From contig NZ_JHXR01000002.1 of assembly GCF_000621645.1 (NCBI RefSeq), positions 150,001 through 182,000 of the forward strand: DNA of 32,000 bases. The letters are read 5' to 3'. The position numbers and the translations under genes were made by a program. This DNA comes from Vibrio cholerae ATCC 14035. Its GTDB lineage: Bacteria > Pseudomonadota > Gammaproteobacteria > Enterobacterales > Vibrionaceae. Under the pieces are notes generated by a model. The model was not told the origin of the DNA. It saw only the letters and a program-made list of their open reading frames with translations, and did no database searches. Of the stretch, positions 16,534 to 25,280 are shown in pieces; the stretch's first letter is position 1; each line of letters opens with the position of its first letter.

Positions 16534-17454
16534 ATGGCTAAAGTCGTCAGTAAAGCGAACCAATCACAAGGAATGTTGATGTTCACGCTCAGTGCCCAGC
16601 AGCAACTTTTCGCTATCGGGACACTGAAAGTCCGGGAAATTGTGACTTATCAACCAATGACTCAGATCCCCTATTCACATCATCATGTGATAGGAACGGT
16701 TACTATTCGTAATCTTACAGTGCCAGTGATTGATATGGCCGCAGCGATTGGCTTTCGTCCAATCCAACCGAGCGAGTATCAGAAGTGCTATTTGATCGTC
16801 ACAGACTGCTTACGCACGGTTGTGGCTTTCATGGTTCGCACTATAGAGAAAATCATCGAGTGTGATTGGCGACAAATCGAATCGTCCCCCGAGACGGCAG
16901 GACATGATGTTTTCGTCACCGGGATCACCCGATTCCAGAACAAAATTGTGCAGTTGCTAGACGTGGAGTTACTGCTCTCTAAAATCTACCCACAATATGA
17001 ATCGACCAAAGTCCCTATGTTGACGGATATCGAGCGTGAGCGCTTAAAACCCCTCAATATTTTGTTGGTCGATGACTCTTCGATTGCGCGTAAACAGCTC
17101 TCTGATGCGCTGGATAGCATCAACATTCCGTATCATATCTGTAAAAATGGCAGTGAGGCGTTGGATTTGATGCGTGATATGGCACGCGATCACCGCGCCA
17201 TCGACATTTTAGTGAGTGATATTGAAATGCCGGGATTAGATGGTTATGAGCTGGCATTTGAAATGCAAAACGATCCGCAGTTAAACCATGCTTATTGTAT
17301 TTTGCACACTTCGCTCTCCAGTGAAATCTGTGTCGATCGTGCCCATCAAGTGGGCGCTCACGAAGCGTTGGAGAAATTTAACGCCACCGAGTTAGTCGAA
17401 GCCATGTTGCGTGGAGCCAAAAAGCTTCAGACGCAGCGTTTGCAAAAATCGTGA
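16534..17454 (+). CDS. cheV: CheV chemotaxis coupling protein (CheW domain plus receiver domain)
   Basis: An N-terminal CheW-like domain, then a receiver domain (ILLVDDSSIARKQL...ILVSDIEMPGLDGYEL). Confidence 0.9.
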   Translation: MAKVVSKANQSQGMLMFTLSAQQQLFAIGTLKVREIVTYQPMTQIPYSHHHVIGTVTIRNLTVPVIDMAAAIGFRPIQPSEYQKCYLIVTDCLRTVVAFMVRTIEKIIECDWRQIESSPETAGHDVFVTGITRFQNKIVQLLDVELLLSKIYPQYESTKVPMLTDIERERLKPLNILLVDDSSIARKQLSDALDSINIPYHICKNGSEALDLMRDMARDHRAIDILVSDIEMPGLDGYELAFEMQNDPQLNHAYCILHTSLSSEICVDRAHQVGAHEALEKFNATELVEAMLRGAKKLQTQRLQKS

Positions 17455-17529
17455 TCGGTTAAGTATTTAACTCAAAGCCAATCGCAAGACTATTTGCTGT
17501 AACAAACAAAACATGAATTCTCGGCAGCC

Positions 17530-18054
17530 CTAGCGCTGCCGAGAATTCAGCAAATCAGGTATACACCATAGTTGCTCATGATGACTCAGCCACTCTTGTA
17601 ATTGTGTCGATAACGTCTCTTGCTCCACCTCGGAAAACTTGGCGAGCAAACTCGACTGTAAATCACAATACTCTGGTAACCAGAGTTCGATGCGTTGTCG
17701 CCCTGATTCTGTCAGTGTCACCTCAACGTTACGCCTGTCATACCTACTGAGGTTTCTCTCTACAAGTCCTTTGCGTTCAAGCCGCGTTAAACGGTTAGTC
17801 ATAGCCCCTGAGCTGAGCAATAACCGCACTTGCAAGTCCGAAGGGTTTAGGCAATAAGGATGACCGACACCACGCAAGGTCATTAACACTTCAAACTCTC
17901 CAGCGGTCAGTCCCGCTTGTTGATAGAAGGCCTCCATTTTTAACTCAATACGTCTCGCCAACCGTTGTAGCCGATGAAGTACCGACATGGGCAGAGTATT
18001 TAGCTCAGGCAGCTCATTTGCCCATTCCATGACGGATTTTTGCACTGAATCCAT
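17530..18054 (-). CDS. MarR-family transcriptional regulator
   Basis: A winged-HTH core, LTAGEFEVLMTLR...PSDLQVRLLLSSGAMTNRLTRLERKGLVERNLSRYDRRNVEVTLTESG. Confidence 0.85.
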   Translation of the reverse strand: MDSVQKSVMEWANELPELNTLPMSVLHRLQRLARRIELKMEAFYQQAGLTAGEFEVLMTLRGVGHPYCLNPSDLQVRLLLSSGAMTNRLTRLERKGLVERNLSRYDRRNVEVTLTESGRQRIELWLPEYCDLQSSLLAKFSEVEQETLSTQLQEWLSHHEQLWCIPDLLNSRQR

Positions 18055-18225
18055 GCGTTTTATCCTGTGTTGTTCCCTTTATTCCTTGACGTTAGCACTT
18101 CAACGAGGATGAGGAAAATGGCTCGCATTGAGTAGCCTCTCTAGCAAGAACAAATTTGCAGCGTTTCTACAGTAAATCCGCTAATCTTAAGGTTATGAAA
18201 ATGTCTTGCGTATCCGAAACAAGTG

Positions 18226-19242
18226 ATGACAACTGAAGATTTCAAAAAATCCACGGCTAACTTAAAAAAAGTCGTACCTTTAATGATGAAACATCATGTC
18301 GCGGCCACCCCCGTGAACTATGCCTTGTGGTATACCTACGTCGACCAAGCCATTCCGCAACTGAATGCGGAAATGGACTCTGTATTGAAAAATTTTGGGC
18401 TTTGCCCACCCGCTTCTGGTGAACATCTTTACCAACAATACATTGCGACCAAAGCAGAAACCAATATTAATCAGTTACGTGCGAATGTTGAGGTACTTCT
18501 TGGTGAAATTAGCAGTTCAATGAGTGATACGCTCAGTGACACCAGTTCCTTTGCTAATGTGATTGATAAAAGCTTTAAGGATTTAGAGCGCGTCGAGCAA
18601 GACAATCTCTCGATTGAAGAAGTAATGACGGTGATCCGCCGCTTGGTGAGTGACTCTAAAGATATTCGACACTCAACCAATTTCCTAAATAATCAACTGA
18701 ACGCGGCAACACTAGAAATCTCTCGTCTTAAAGAGCAGCTGGCGAAAGTTCAGAAAGATGCTCTGTTTGACAGTTTATCTGGACTCTATAACCGCCGAGC
18801 TTTTGATGGCGATATGTTCACGCTGATCCATGCAGGTCAACAAGTCAGCCTGATCATGCTCGACATCGACCACTTCAAAGCCCTTAATGATAACTATGGC
18901 CACCTGTTTGGTGACCAAATTATCCGTGCGATCGCCAAACGTCTTCAAAGCCTATGCCGTGACGGCGTGACAGCTTATCGTTATGGCGGTGAAGAGTTTG
19001 CACTGATTGCTCCGCACAAATCGCTGCGTATTGCACGCCAGTTTGCTGAATCGGTGCGACGTTCAATAGAAAAGCTCACCGTAAAAGATCGGCGTAGCGG
19101 TCAATCGGTCGGTAGCATTACCGCTTCGTTTGGTGTAGTAGAAAAGATTGAAGGTGACTCTTTGGAGTCTCTTATCGGTCGAGCGGATGGATTGCTGTAT
19201 GAAGCGAAAAATCTGGGCCGCAATCGAGTCATGCCGCTCTAA
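18226..19242 (+). CDS. GGDEF diguanylate cyclase (GGEEF), VCA0956-like
   Basis: A C-terminal GGDEF domain (LDIDHFKALNDNYGHLFGD...YRYGGEEFALIA...LLYEAKNLGRNRV). The N-terminal ~170 aa are helical and uncharacterised. I prefer the ATG at 18226 over the GTG at 18223. There is no RxxD I-site. Confidence 0.9.
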   Translation: MTTEDFKKSTANLKKVVPLMMKHHVAATPVNYALWYTYVDQAIPQLNAEMDSVLKNFGLCPPASGEHLYQQYIATKAETNINQLRANVEVLLGEISSSMSDTLSDTSSFANVIDKSFKDLERVEQDNLSIEEVMTVIRRLVSDSKDIRHSTNFLNNQLNAATLEISRLKEQLAKVQKDALFDSLSGLYNRRAFDGDMFTLIHAGQQVSLIMLDIDHFKALNDNYGHLFGDQIIRAIAKRLQSLCRDGVTAYRYGGEEFALIAPHKSLRIARQFAESVRRSIEKLTVKDRRSGQSVGSITASFGVVEKIEGDSLESLIGRADGLLYEAKNLGRNRVMPL

Positions 19243-19302
19243 ACTCTGCTATACGTACCCACACGTTGTAAATCGACGGCACGGGAAAAGTTACACAGCT
19301 CC

Positions 19303-19336
19303 AAATTGCCACAAAAAAGCCAAGAATTACTGACTC
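19303..19336. terminator. Bidirectional terminator between convergent genes
   Basis: A6-GCCAAGA (19309-15), loop, TCTTGGC (19325-31), T5. The A-run and T-run flank the stem symmetrically. Confidence 0.8.
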
Positions 19337-19360
19337 TTGGCTTTTTCATACGATGGCGGA

Positions 19361-19939
19361 TTAATGTGAAAAACAGTCTCCGAGGAAATATTCGTCACCA
19401 TTTCGAGCTGTATACTCTTTCTCTTCAATACGAGCTTGTGGTCGACCTTGTTCATCGCCTTTGATCAAACTTACCCAGTGGCGAATAGTGGTGCTTGGCT
19501 GTGCGTGGTCATTAGAATGATTGAGTACTGTGCACGTTTCTAATTGAATGTCTGCGATTTCTCGTAACTCAATGCAACCCGTGCCGCGCTGGCAACCTAA
19601 TGTCATTTCAACATGACTACCTTGCCCATCACGAAACAGAAGATGGCTTGGATTTTCTTTACTGCCATTAAACGCCACAAACTGTTTTGGGTATTTCAAG
19701 CCACTATGACGTCCATCTTGAAAGTAAGCGAGCAGATGGTTGTAATCTATCACGTATGCGGTCACATCTTGGTGAGTACCATTTTCAAGCGGAAACAGAC
19801 GATCCAATAACTGTTTGGCTTTGGTTTGTTTTTCACGCTGTTGATTGGCGGCGACCGTTTCTACGGCGAACACAGCTTCAGCGATAAAGGGTTTGTTTTG
19901 GTGTTGGATTTCTGTTTTATCAAACGTCAGCATGTTCAT
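19361..19939 (-). CDS. Hypothetical protein (192 aa)
   Basis: The ATG at 19939 has GAGGGA 6 nt upstream. I recognise no motif. It is divergent from the XRE-family gene. Confidence 0.6.
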   Translation of the reverse strand: MNMLTFDKTEIQHQNKPFIAEAVFAVETVAANQQREKQTKAKQLLDRLFPLENGTHQDVTAYVIDYNHLLAYFQDGRHSGLKYPKQFVAFNGSKENPSHLLFRDGQGSHVEMTLGCQRGTGCIELREIADIQLETCTVLNHSNDHAQPSTTIRHWVSLIKGDEQGRPQARIEEKEYTARNGDEYFLGDCFSH

Positions 19940-20087
19940 CGTCGTTCCCTCGTCCAGATTCAATGTCATTTTGCTGCAAAGACACTGGCGATATTTTCGC
20001 CGGATTTGTGACTTCGCTTACTTGGAAGACTAGCGGATTTTTGACTACAATTTCACAACAAAAATTTTACAATGTGAATTTTACAAA

Positions 20088-21605
20088 ATGAGTGTGTCTA
20101 AAAGTCTTGTTCGACAGTCCCATTTTCTGGGCACTAAAGTCAGAAACCTTCGGAAAAGGAACCACTTAACCATGGAGGATCTTTCTGCGCGCTGCATTCG
20201 TGTTAGCCCTGAATACGCACCATCGGTTTCTTATCTCTCTATGATTGAGCGCGGAAAACGAGTACCGAGCGTTGAGATGCTGGAAGTGATCGCGGAAGTG
20301 TTTCAAAAAGATCCCATCTGGTTTTTAGATGATGAGCCAGAGCAAATTGATATCACTCCCGAAAAAGGCAATCGTGGTGGCATTAGTGGAATGGCTCTTG
20401 AGCCCAGTTTTTTGTTTTCCAATGATATTTTACAAATCGCTATTCCCGAGATGCTCTCGCAAACTGGGATCACTGGCCGCCAATTTGCTCATCTCTTGAT
20501 CCGAGCCCATCAAGAAAGTCTGCAAAATCATTTCCCAGATCTTGAACGCGCTGCAGAAGAGGTGGGGCTAAAACGCCTTAATTTATCTGTCACCGATTTG
20601 CTGGACATTGCCAAAGGGCTTGGATTGGACGTGCGTTGGGTAAAGCGTACGCCGCATGATGTAACAGACGAACTTGGGGTGAGTGCCAAACAGCTCGTTA
20701 CCTCTTTTTTTGAGCCGCCAGGCCGCATTTACCTAAATGAGATCCTGCGTGAATACCCAACGCGATTGAAATATGACCTTGCGGTTTATATCGGACATAA
20801 TGTGCTGCACAACAAAGATGGCCTAAAAAGTGTCCTCTCCGTCGGCCACACTCAAGGGTGGGATGAGATGGTGGAAACCTCCCCCTCTTCAGAGCTGAAT
20901 TCACAAGATATCTTGCAAGCTTGGCGAGATTTTGAATCCAGCTTTTTTGCTGGGGCACTGCTGTGCCCTAAGGTGCCCTTCCGGCAACTGCTCGATCGTA
21001 ACGGATATGAAATCAGCGTTCATCAGAAAGCGGGAGTCTCACCTTCTGTCGCCATGCGGCGGATGACCGTCGTTTCGCCCTATCCCCACTGGCACTATTT
21101 TGATGCCTATGGTGAAGGGAAACTCAAGGCCGTATACCGTGGAAATGGTATCCCACTTCCTTGGGGAAATATGCGTAAAGTGAATGATCCTTGTCAGCAT
21201 TGGGCCGTTTTTCGTCGTCTTTCACAACCACAGCAAGGCAGTTCAGCCCAAATTTCGATTTTAACTGTGGGCGACGAGCCTCGAATTTACTGTTGTGAAT
21301 CACTCAATGTTGTGGATCCTGCCGGCAACAACCGTGTCTTGTGTGCGGGCATCGACCTCAATCCTGCGATTAATGCACAAGGTGGGGACGCTCTCGCCAT
21401 TGCTCAAGAGCTCAAAATGAGTTGTGTGCAGAAAGGAGGAACTACCGCGATTCCAGCGCCGATTAAACGTGATTTGCGCACTATCGCCAAAATTCTCAAC
21501 ATCAACTGGGTTGAACGAGGTATCGAGAATGAAGCGAGATTAATTTGCTCACGCGGTGCGGTTTGTCCACGAAAGCCAAGATGCTATGGCGAATGTGGTG
21601 AATAA
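20088..21605 (+). CDS. XRE-family HTH regulator with a large uncharacterised C-terminal region (505 aa)
   Basis: N-terminal XRE HTH (LGTKVRNLRKRNHLTMEDLSARC...SYLSMIERGKRVPSVEMLEVIAEVF). The middle region has GHNVLH where ImmA/IrrE-like proteins carry HExxH. The C-terminus ends in C-x5-C-x5-C-x3-C. Confidence 0.75.
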   Translation: MSVSKSLVRQSHFLGTKVRNLRKRNHLTMEDLSARCIRVSPEYAPSVSYLSMIERGKRVPSVEMLEVIAEVFQKDPIWFLDDEPEQIDITPEKGNRGGISGMALEPSFLFSNDILQIAIPEMLSQTGITGRQFAHLLIRAHQESLQNHFPDLERAAEEVGLKRLNLSVTDLLDIAKGLGLDVRWVKRTPHDVTDELGVSAKQLVTSFFEPPGRIYLNEILREYPTRLKYDLAVYIGHNVLHNKDGLKSVLSVGHTQGWDEMVETSPSSELNSQDILQAWRDFESSFFAGALLCPKVPFRQLLDRNGYEISVHQKAGVSPSVAMRRMTVVSPYPHWHYFDAYGEGKLKAVYRGNGIPLPWGNMRKVNDPCQHWAVFRRLSQPQQGSSAQISILTVGDEPRIYCCESLNVVDPAGNNRVLCAGIDLNPAINAQGGDALAIAQELKMSCVQKGGTTAIPAPIKRDLRTIAKILNINWVERGIENEARLICSRGAVCPRKPRCYGECGE

Positions 21606-21710
21606 AAAAAAGGCCAACCACAAGAAGTGTGATTGGCCGTCTATAAGTGTGAACAATGGTGTTCACTAACAACGTCAGTTGGCTAGGTGACCCTCGGCTT
21701 AGAAGGGTCA
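21604..21710 (-). ncRNA. qrr4: Qrr quorum-regulatory sRNA (Qrr4, the chromosome II copy)
   Basis: The minus strand reads UGACCCUUCUAAGCCGAGGGUCACCUAGCCAACUGACGUUGUUAGUGAAC..., the conserved Qrr sequence. It has three stem-loops, including the terminator GGCCAAUCACA-CUUCU-UGUGGUUGGCC followed by U8. The 5' end sits 12 nt downstream of the sigma-54 -12 GC. Confidence 0.93.
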
Positions 21711-21717
21711 ATCTAAT

Positions 21718-21737
21718 AAATGCAGATTACGTGCCAA
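21718..21737 (-). promoter_or_regulatory. Sigma-54 promoter of qrr4
   Basis: The minus strand reads TTGGCACGTAATCTGCATTT. The GG lies at -25/-24 and the GC at -13/-12 relative to 21710. Confidence 0.9.
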
Positions 21738-21831
21738 CTTTTCATTAGCGACTTTTGCATGAAAATCGGGCAAAAAACGAACAGTTTCATTACAACCACA
21801 CTCATAAACGAATGACGAAATGCGATTTCTA

Positions 21832-21866
21832 TTGCAAATTGCAAAATCAAAATTTGCAAAATGCAA
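21832..21866. promoter_or_regulatory. Two LuxO binding sites (upstream activating sequence for qrr4)
   Basis: TTGCAAATTGCAA (21832-21844) and TTGCAAAATGCAA (21854-21866) both fit TTGCA-W3-TGCAA perfectly. They lie at about -122 to -156 from the qrr4 start. Confidence 0.85.
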
Positions 21867-21884
21867 AGGCGAGCGTGGTAAAGA

Positions 21885-23258
21885 TCAAAAGCGATAGAGT
21901 GGGTTTTGCCTACGCTTAGCGGTATACATACGTTCATCGGCCAGTTTGAACATTTCATCAGGTGTGGCAAACGACTGGTCATACAAAGCATATCCGATAC
22001 TTACACGAACATGGATAAGCTTGTCGTCATAAACGATGGGCGTTTCAGAAATCCTTTTTAAAATATTGTCACTGACTTTAAGCACGTCTTGTTCACGATG
22101 AATTCGTGGAATTAACACGAGAAACTCATCCCCCCCAATCCGCGCCACCAGATCGGAAACCCGCAGGCTCGATTTAATTCTTTCCGCACAAGCCACCAGC
22201 ACTTTATCGCCTGCGCTATGTCCATGGGAATCGTTGATAGATTTAAAACGGCCAATATCAATGTTCAACAAAGCAAAGTTACCTTCGCTATGAGAGCGCT
22301 TAGCATTTTCAAAGTAGTGTTCAATGGTATAGATAAAATAGCGCCGATTCGGCAAGTGGGTTAAAGGGTCATGTAGCGCACGCTCCTCCGCGACTTGATA
22401 AAGGCGCATGATAACGCCAAAGCCTGCCATCAATACCAATAACACCGAGTATCCCAACAAGCGCACTGCATTTCGGGTATACCAAGATAACTGCTGTAGT
22501 AAATCTTGCTTTTCAGCGACCGCAATTCGCCAACTTCCGTAAGGGAAATAGACATTCTCTTGTGCAAAAGCGTGCTCAAATACTCGAGGCTCTCCAAAAA
22601 ACACGTCCCCCTCACTGCCACGGCTGTCTAAACCACGAATCGCAACCTGAAAATGCTCCCCAAAGCTGTAAATACTGGTTGCTGAAAGCAATGAATCCCA
22701 ATCCATCACCACACTCAGTACCCCCCAATAACGCGTATCCTTCGGTGGGTCGTAGAATATCGGTTCTCGAATCACCAGCGCGCGCCCACCTTGAACGAGA
22801 TCGACAGGTCCAGAGACGAACGTCTGTTTGATTTCACGTGCTTTTTTTATTGACTGCCACTGCTGAGGAACGGTGCGGTAATCCAAACCGAGTAGTGCAT
22901 TGGTTTGAGGAAGCGGATAGCTGAAAGCGACCACATCATTAGGGGCGATACCTAATGAGCGTAAGTGATCGCTATTCCTGATCACCGCCGCTGAAAGCGG
23001 CTCCCATTGATAGATATTGAGGTCGGGATCTAGGGTTAACAGGGTTGTTAAACCTTTTACGGTATAGATATCACCCAAAATCTCAGCTTCTAATTGAAAA
23101 CGTACGATGGAAAGATCTTCTTTAGCTTGTTGACGTAAACCCTCTTGTAGATCACGTGTATGGCTAATATGAAGGGATTCAATAACCGCAATGCCCAAAA
23201 AGAGTAAGGCGAGAAAATAAATTGAGACATACTTATATTTGTGCGAGGTTAACCCCAT
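21885..23258 (-). CDS. Membrane sensor diguanylate cyclase (periplasmic sensor domain plus GGDEF), VCA0960-like
   Basis: Two TM segments flank a ~230-aa periplasmic domain (CHASE/Cache-like; LVQGGRALVIREPIFY). The GGDEF domain carries RIGGDEF. It has a canonical I-site, RVSD, five residues upstream. Confidence 0.9.
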   Translation of the reverse strand: MGLTSHKYKYVSIYFLALLFLGIAVIESLHISHTRDLQEGLRQQAKEDLSIVRFQLEAEILGDIYTVKGLTTLLTLDPDLNIYQWEPLSAAVIRNSDHLRSLGIAPNDVVAFSYPLPQTNALLGLDYRTVPQQWQSIKKAREIKQTFVSGPVDLVQGGRALVIREPIFYDPPKDTRYWGVLSVVMDWDSLLSATSIYSFGEHFQVAIRGLDSRGSEGDVFFGEPRVFEHAFAQENVYFPYGSWRIAVAEKQDLLQQLSWYTRNAVRLLGYSVLLVLMAGFGVIMRLYQVAEERALHDPLTHLPNRRYFIYTIEHYFENAKRSHSEGNFALLNIDIGRFKSINDSHGHSAGDKVLVACAERIKSSLRVSDLVARIGGDEFLVLIPRIHREQDVLKVSDNILKRISETPIVYDDKLIHVRVSIGYALYDQSFATPDEMFKLADERMYTAKRRQNPLYRF

Positions 23259-23329
23259 CCCTCAATCCTCAGTTTTATTATTGTTTGTTGATTACTGAGT
23301 GAACCACACAGATCCATTCGCAAGCGTAC

Positions 23330-23457
23330 TATACCCAAACAACTTGGCGTTGCAGGTAGGCGGAAAGTCAGTTCATCTCCCTGAGCATAGATAAACTATG
23401 TGATTGAGGTCAACGAACGTAGTCAACACCGCTGCAGCTTCAAGTAGGAAGGGCATA
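23330..23457. repeat. ERIC/IRU-like palindromic intergenic repeat, copy 1 (full length)
   Basis: TATACCCAAACAACTTGGCGTTGCAGGTAGGCGG...CACCGCTGCAGCTTCAAGTAGGAAGGGCATA. It is homologous to the copies at 24208, 30324 and 31081. The centre resembles the ERIC core GTGAATCCCCAGGAGC...GTGACTGGGGTGAGCG. Confidence 0.8.
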
Positions 23458-23599
23458 CAACTTATCGCTACTCAAACACGGCCTGCTTTACAGTAGCGAA
23501 GAAGATAAGCCATCCAAATATCACGACGAGCTTATTTAATAGATTAACGCAAATGTACAATAAAGAAACTAACTGATTATAAATTTGTAAATATAACTC

Positions 23600-24208
23600 A
23601 TGATGAAAAAACTGTTTTTGGATACTCATTCCGCTTCTGGCGAGATAAAGTTAACTGATGGTTTACTCTACTGGTTTCCGCAATTTCTCACCCCGATTCA
23701 AGCCGACCAAGCTTTTCAGCAAATGCTCACACACTTGGATTGGCAGCAGAAAAGTATTCGTCTATTTGGTAAAAGCGTGCTTCAACCGCGACTTATCGCT
23801 TGGTATGGAGAAAAAGGCTACCGTTATTCAGGTCTCTCTTTATCTGCTCAACCCTTCCCGCCACCGTTGCTTACTTTAAAGACGCAGTGCGAACAGGCCG
23901 CACAAGCCCCCTTTAATTCTGTACTCGCGAATCTTTATCGCGATGGGCAAGACTCGATGGGCTGGCATCAAGACAATGAGCCAGAATTAGGCTCTAATCC
24001 GGTAATTGCCTCCCTCTCTTTAGGAGAGAGTCGCCGATTTCTGTTGCGCCATCACAAGGATCATGCGTTGCAAGTCGAATGCGAATTGAATCATGGGGAT
24101 TTGCTGATTATGGCAGGGAACACTCAGCACTTCTGGCAACACGCTATCCCTAAAACTCGTCAAACCAAGCAAACACGGATTAATCTTACTTTCCGTAATA
24201 TTCTTTAA
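23600..24208 (+). CDS. alkB: AlkB-family 2OG/Fe(II)-dependent DNA/RNA demethylase
   Basis: MGWHQDNE (HxD), a distal His in FWQHAIPK, and RINLTFRNI with the C-terminal Arg, all typical of AlkB. Confidence 0.85.
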   Translation: MMKKLFLDTHSASGEIKLTDGLLYWFPQFLTPIQADQAFQQMLTHLDWQQKSIRLFGKSVLQPRLIAWYGEKGYRYSGLSLSAQPFPPPLLTLKTQCEQAAQAPFNSVLANLYRDGQDSMGWHQDNEPELGSNPVIASLSLGESRRFLLRHHKDHALQVECELNHGDLLIMAGNTQHFWQHAIPKTRQTKQTRINLTFRNIL

Positions 24209-24328
24209 TACCCAAACTACTTGGCGTTGCAGATAGGCTGAGTTTATTCTCATGAGCATAGGTAAACTAGGTGATTGGGATGAACGAACCTAGCCAACAC
24301 CGCGGCAGCTTCAAGTAGGAAGGGGATA
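24208..24328. repeat. ERIC/IRU-like repeat, copy 2 (full length)
   Basis: It begins at the last base of the alkB stop codon: ATACCCAAACTACTTGGCGTTGCAGATAGGC...CGCGGCAGCTTCAAGTAGGAAGGGGATA. Confidence 0.8.
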
Positions 24329-24494
24329 GTAATTCAAAGTGTTGATGCCGTATCGCTTACGTTGTCGATAAATGAGACGTGTTGACACAAACTCGGATTA
24401 TTGACATACCACTAACCAGAGCCTCACATCGACCCAGCTCCGCTGCGCTAGAGTTTTTTGGTCTAAAAATGCGCAAATTTGATCGGATACTGTC

Positions 24495-25280
24495 ATGATG
24501 AACAAAACTCAAATAGCGGTTGTCTCTAGCCTTATCACGGCACTGATTCTTCCCACTTTTACGAGCTACGCACAAACTCATCCTTTGGAGGTACCGCCCA
24601 AAGCCCAAAATCGCGCACAGAATTCTCTCGAACACTTAGGCCACGACATAGCGCCATCACCAAGCGTAGTCGCCCCCGTTTCGTTTCAAGCAACCGCTAA
24701 CCTCATTAAACAAACTTATGAAAGCCAACTGTTTACACTGCCCGGCTTTAAAGAAGGTCACTATGCACTGCGTATGTATCGCCAAACCTTAGATGATAAA
24801 TACGCGGCGGCGATTGGTAGTGATTTATCACGAGTCGCCAGCGGTTTGAACTACTTTGCCGCTGAAGTGAACACGCCTGAGCAAATTCAACGTTACGCTC
24901 AGAAGCGTCTAAAACGCTATCAACACAGTGATGACGAGCGCACTCAACGCCGTTTCGCCGCGACGCAAACGATGCCGGAGTATCTCTATCTCGGGATCGA
25001 TTTGCTCGGCCCAATGGCTCGCGCCAACGAATATGGGCTGCAACATAAGGAAGACGCCAAGCTGCGCCAAGTTTTACGTCGGTATGACTTCACACCCTAC
25101 GCCACAGACAGAGCGATGATTGAAGCTTGGGCAGCACAATTAGCCAATCAGGTGTATTGGTTACGTCAACTCGGTGAACAAGACGTGGTTGAGCCTTTTA
25201 TCCAAGCCTTTCGTGATACCTATCCAGATCAGCGTGATTGTGAGCTGAATGACCAACAATACGGCAATAAACTGGTATGA
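24495..25280 (+). CDS. Exported hypothetical protein (261 aa)
   Basis: The N-terminal signal peptide is MMNKTQIAVVSSLITALILPTFTSYA|QT. I recognise no motif. Its stop overlaps the next start (ATGA). Confidence 0.65.
   Translation: MMNKTQIAVVSSLITALILPTFTSYAQTHPLEVPPKAQNRAQNSLEHLGHDIAPSPSVVAPVSFQATANLIKQTYESQLFTLPGFKEGHYALRMYRQTLDDKYAAAIGSDLSRVASGLNYFAAEVNTPEQIQRYAQKRLKRYQHSDDERTQRRFAATQTMPEYLYLGIDLLGPMARANEYGLQHKEDAKLRQVLRRYDFTPYATDRAMIEAWAAQLANQVYWLRQLGEQDVVEPFIQAFRDTYPDQRDCELNDQQYGNKLV

Noticed and set aside
21713-21991. 92-aa minus-strand ORF overlapping the qrr4 promoter region.
   Set aside because: It spans the sigma-54 promoter, both LuxO boxes and the 3' end of the cyclase gene in another frame. 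Its sequence is of low plausibility and it has no SD.
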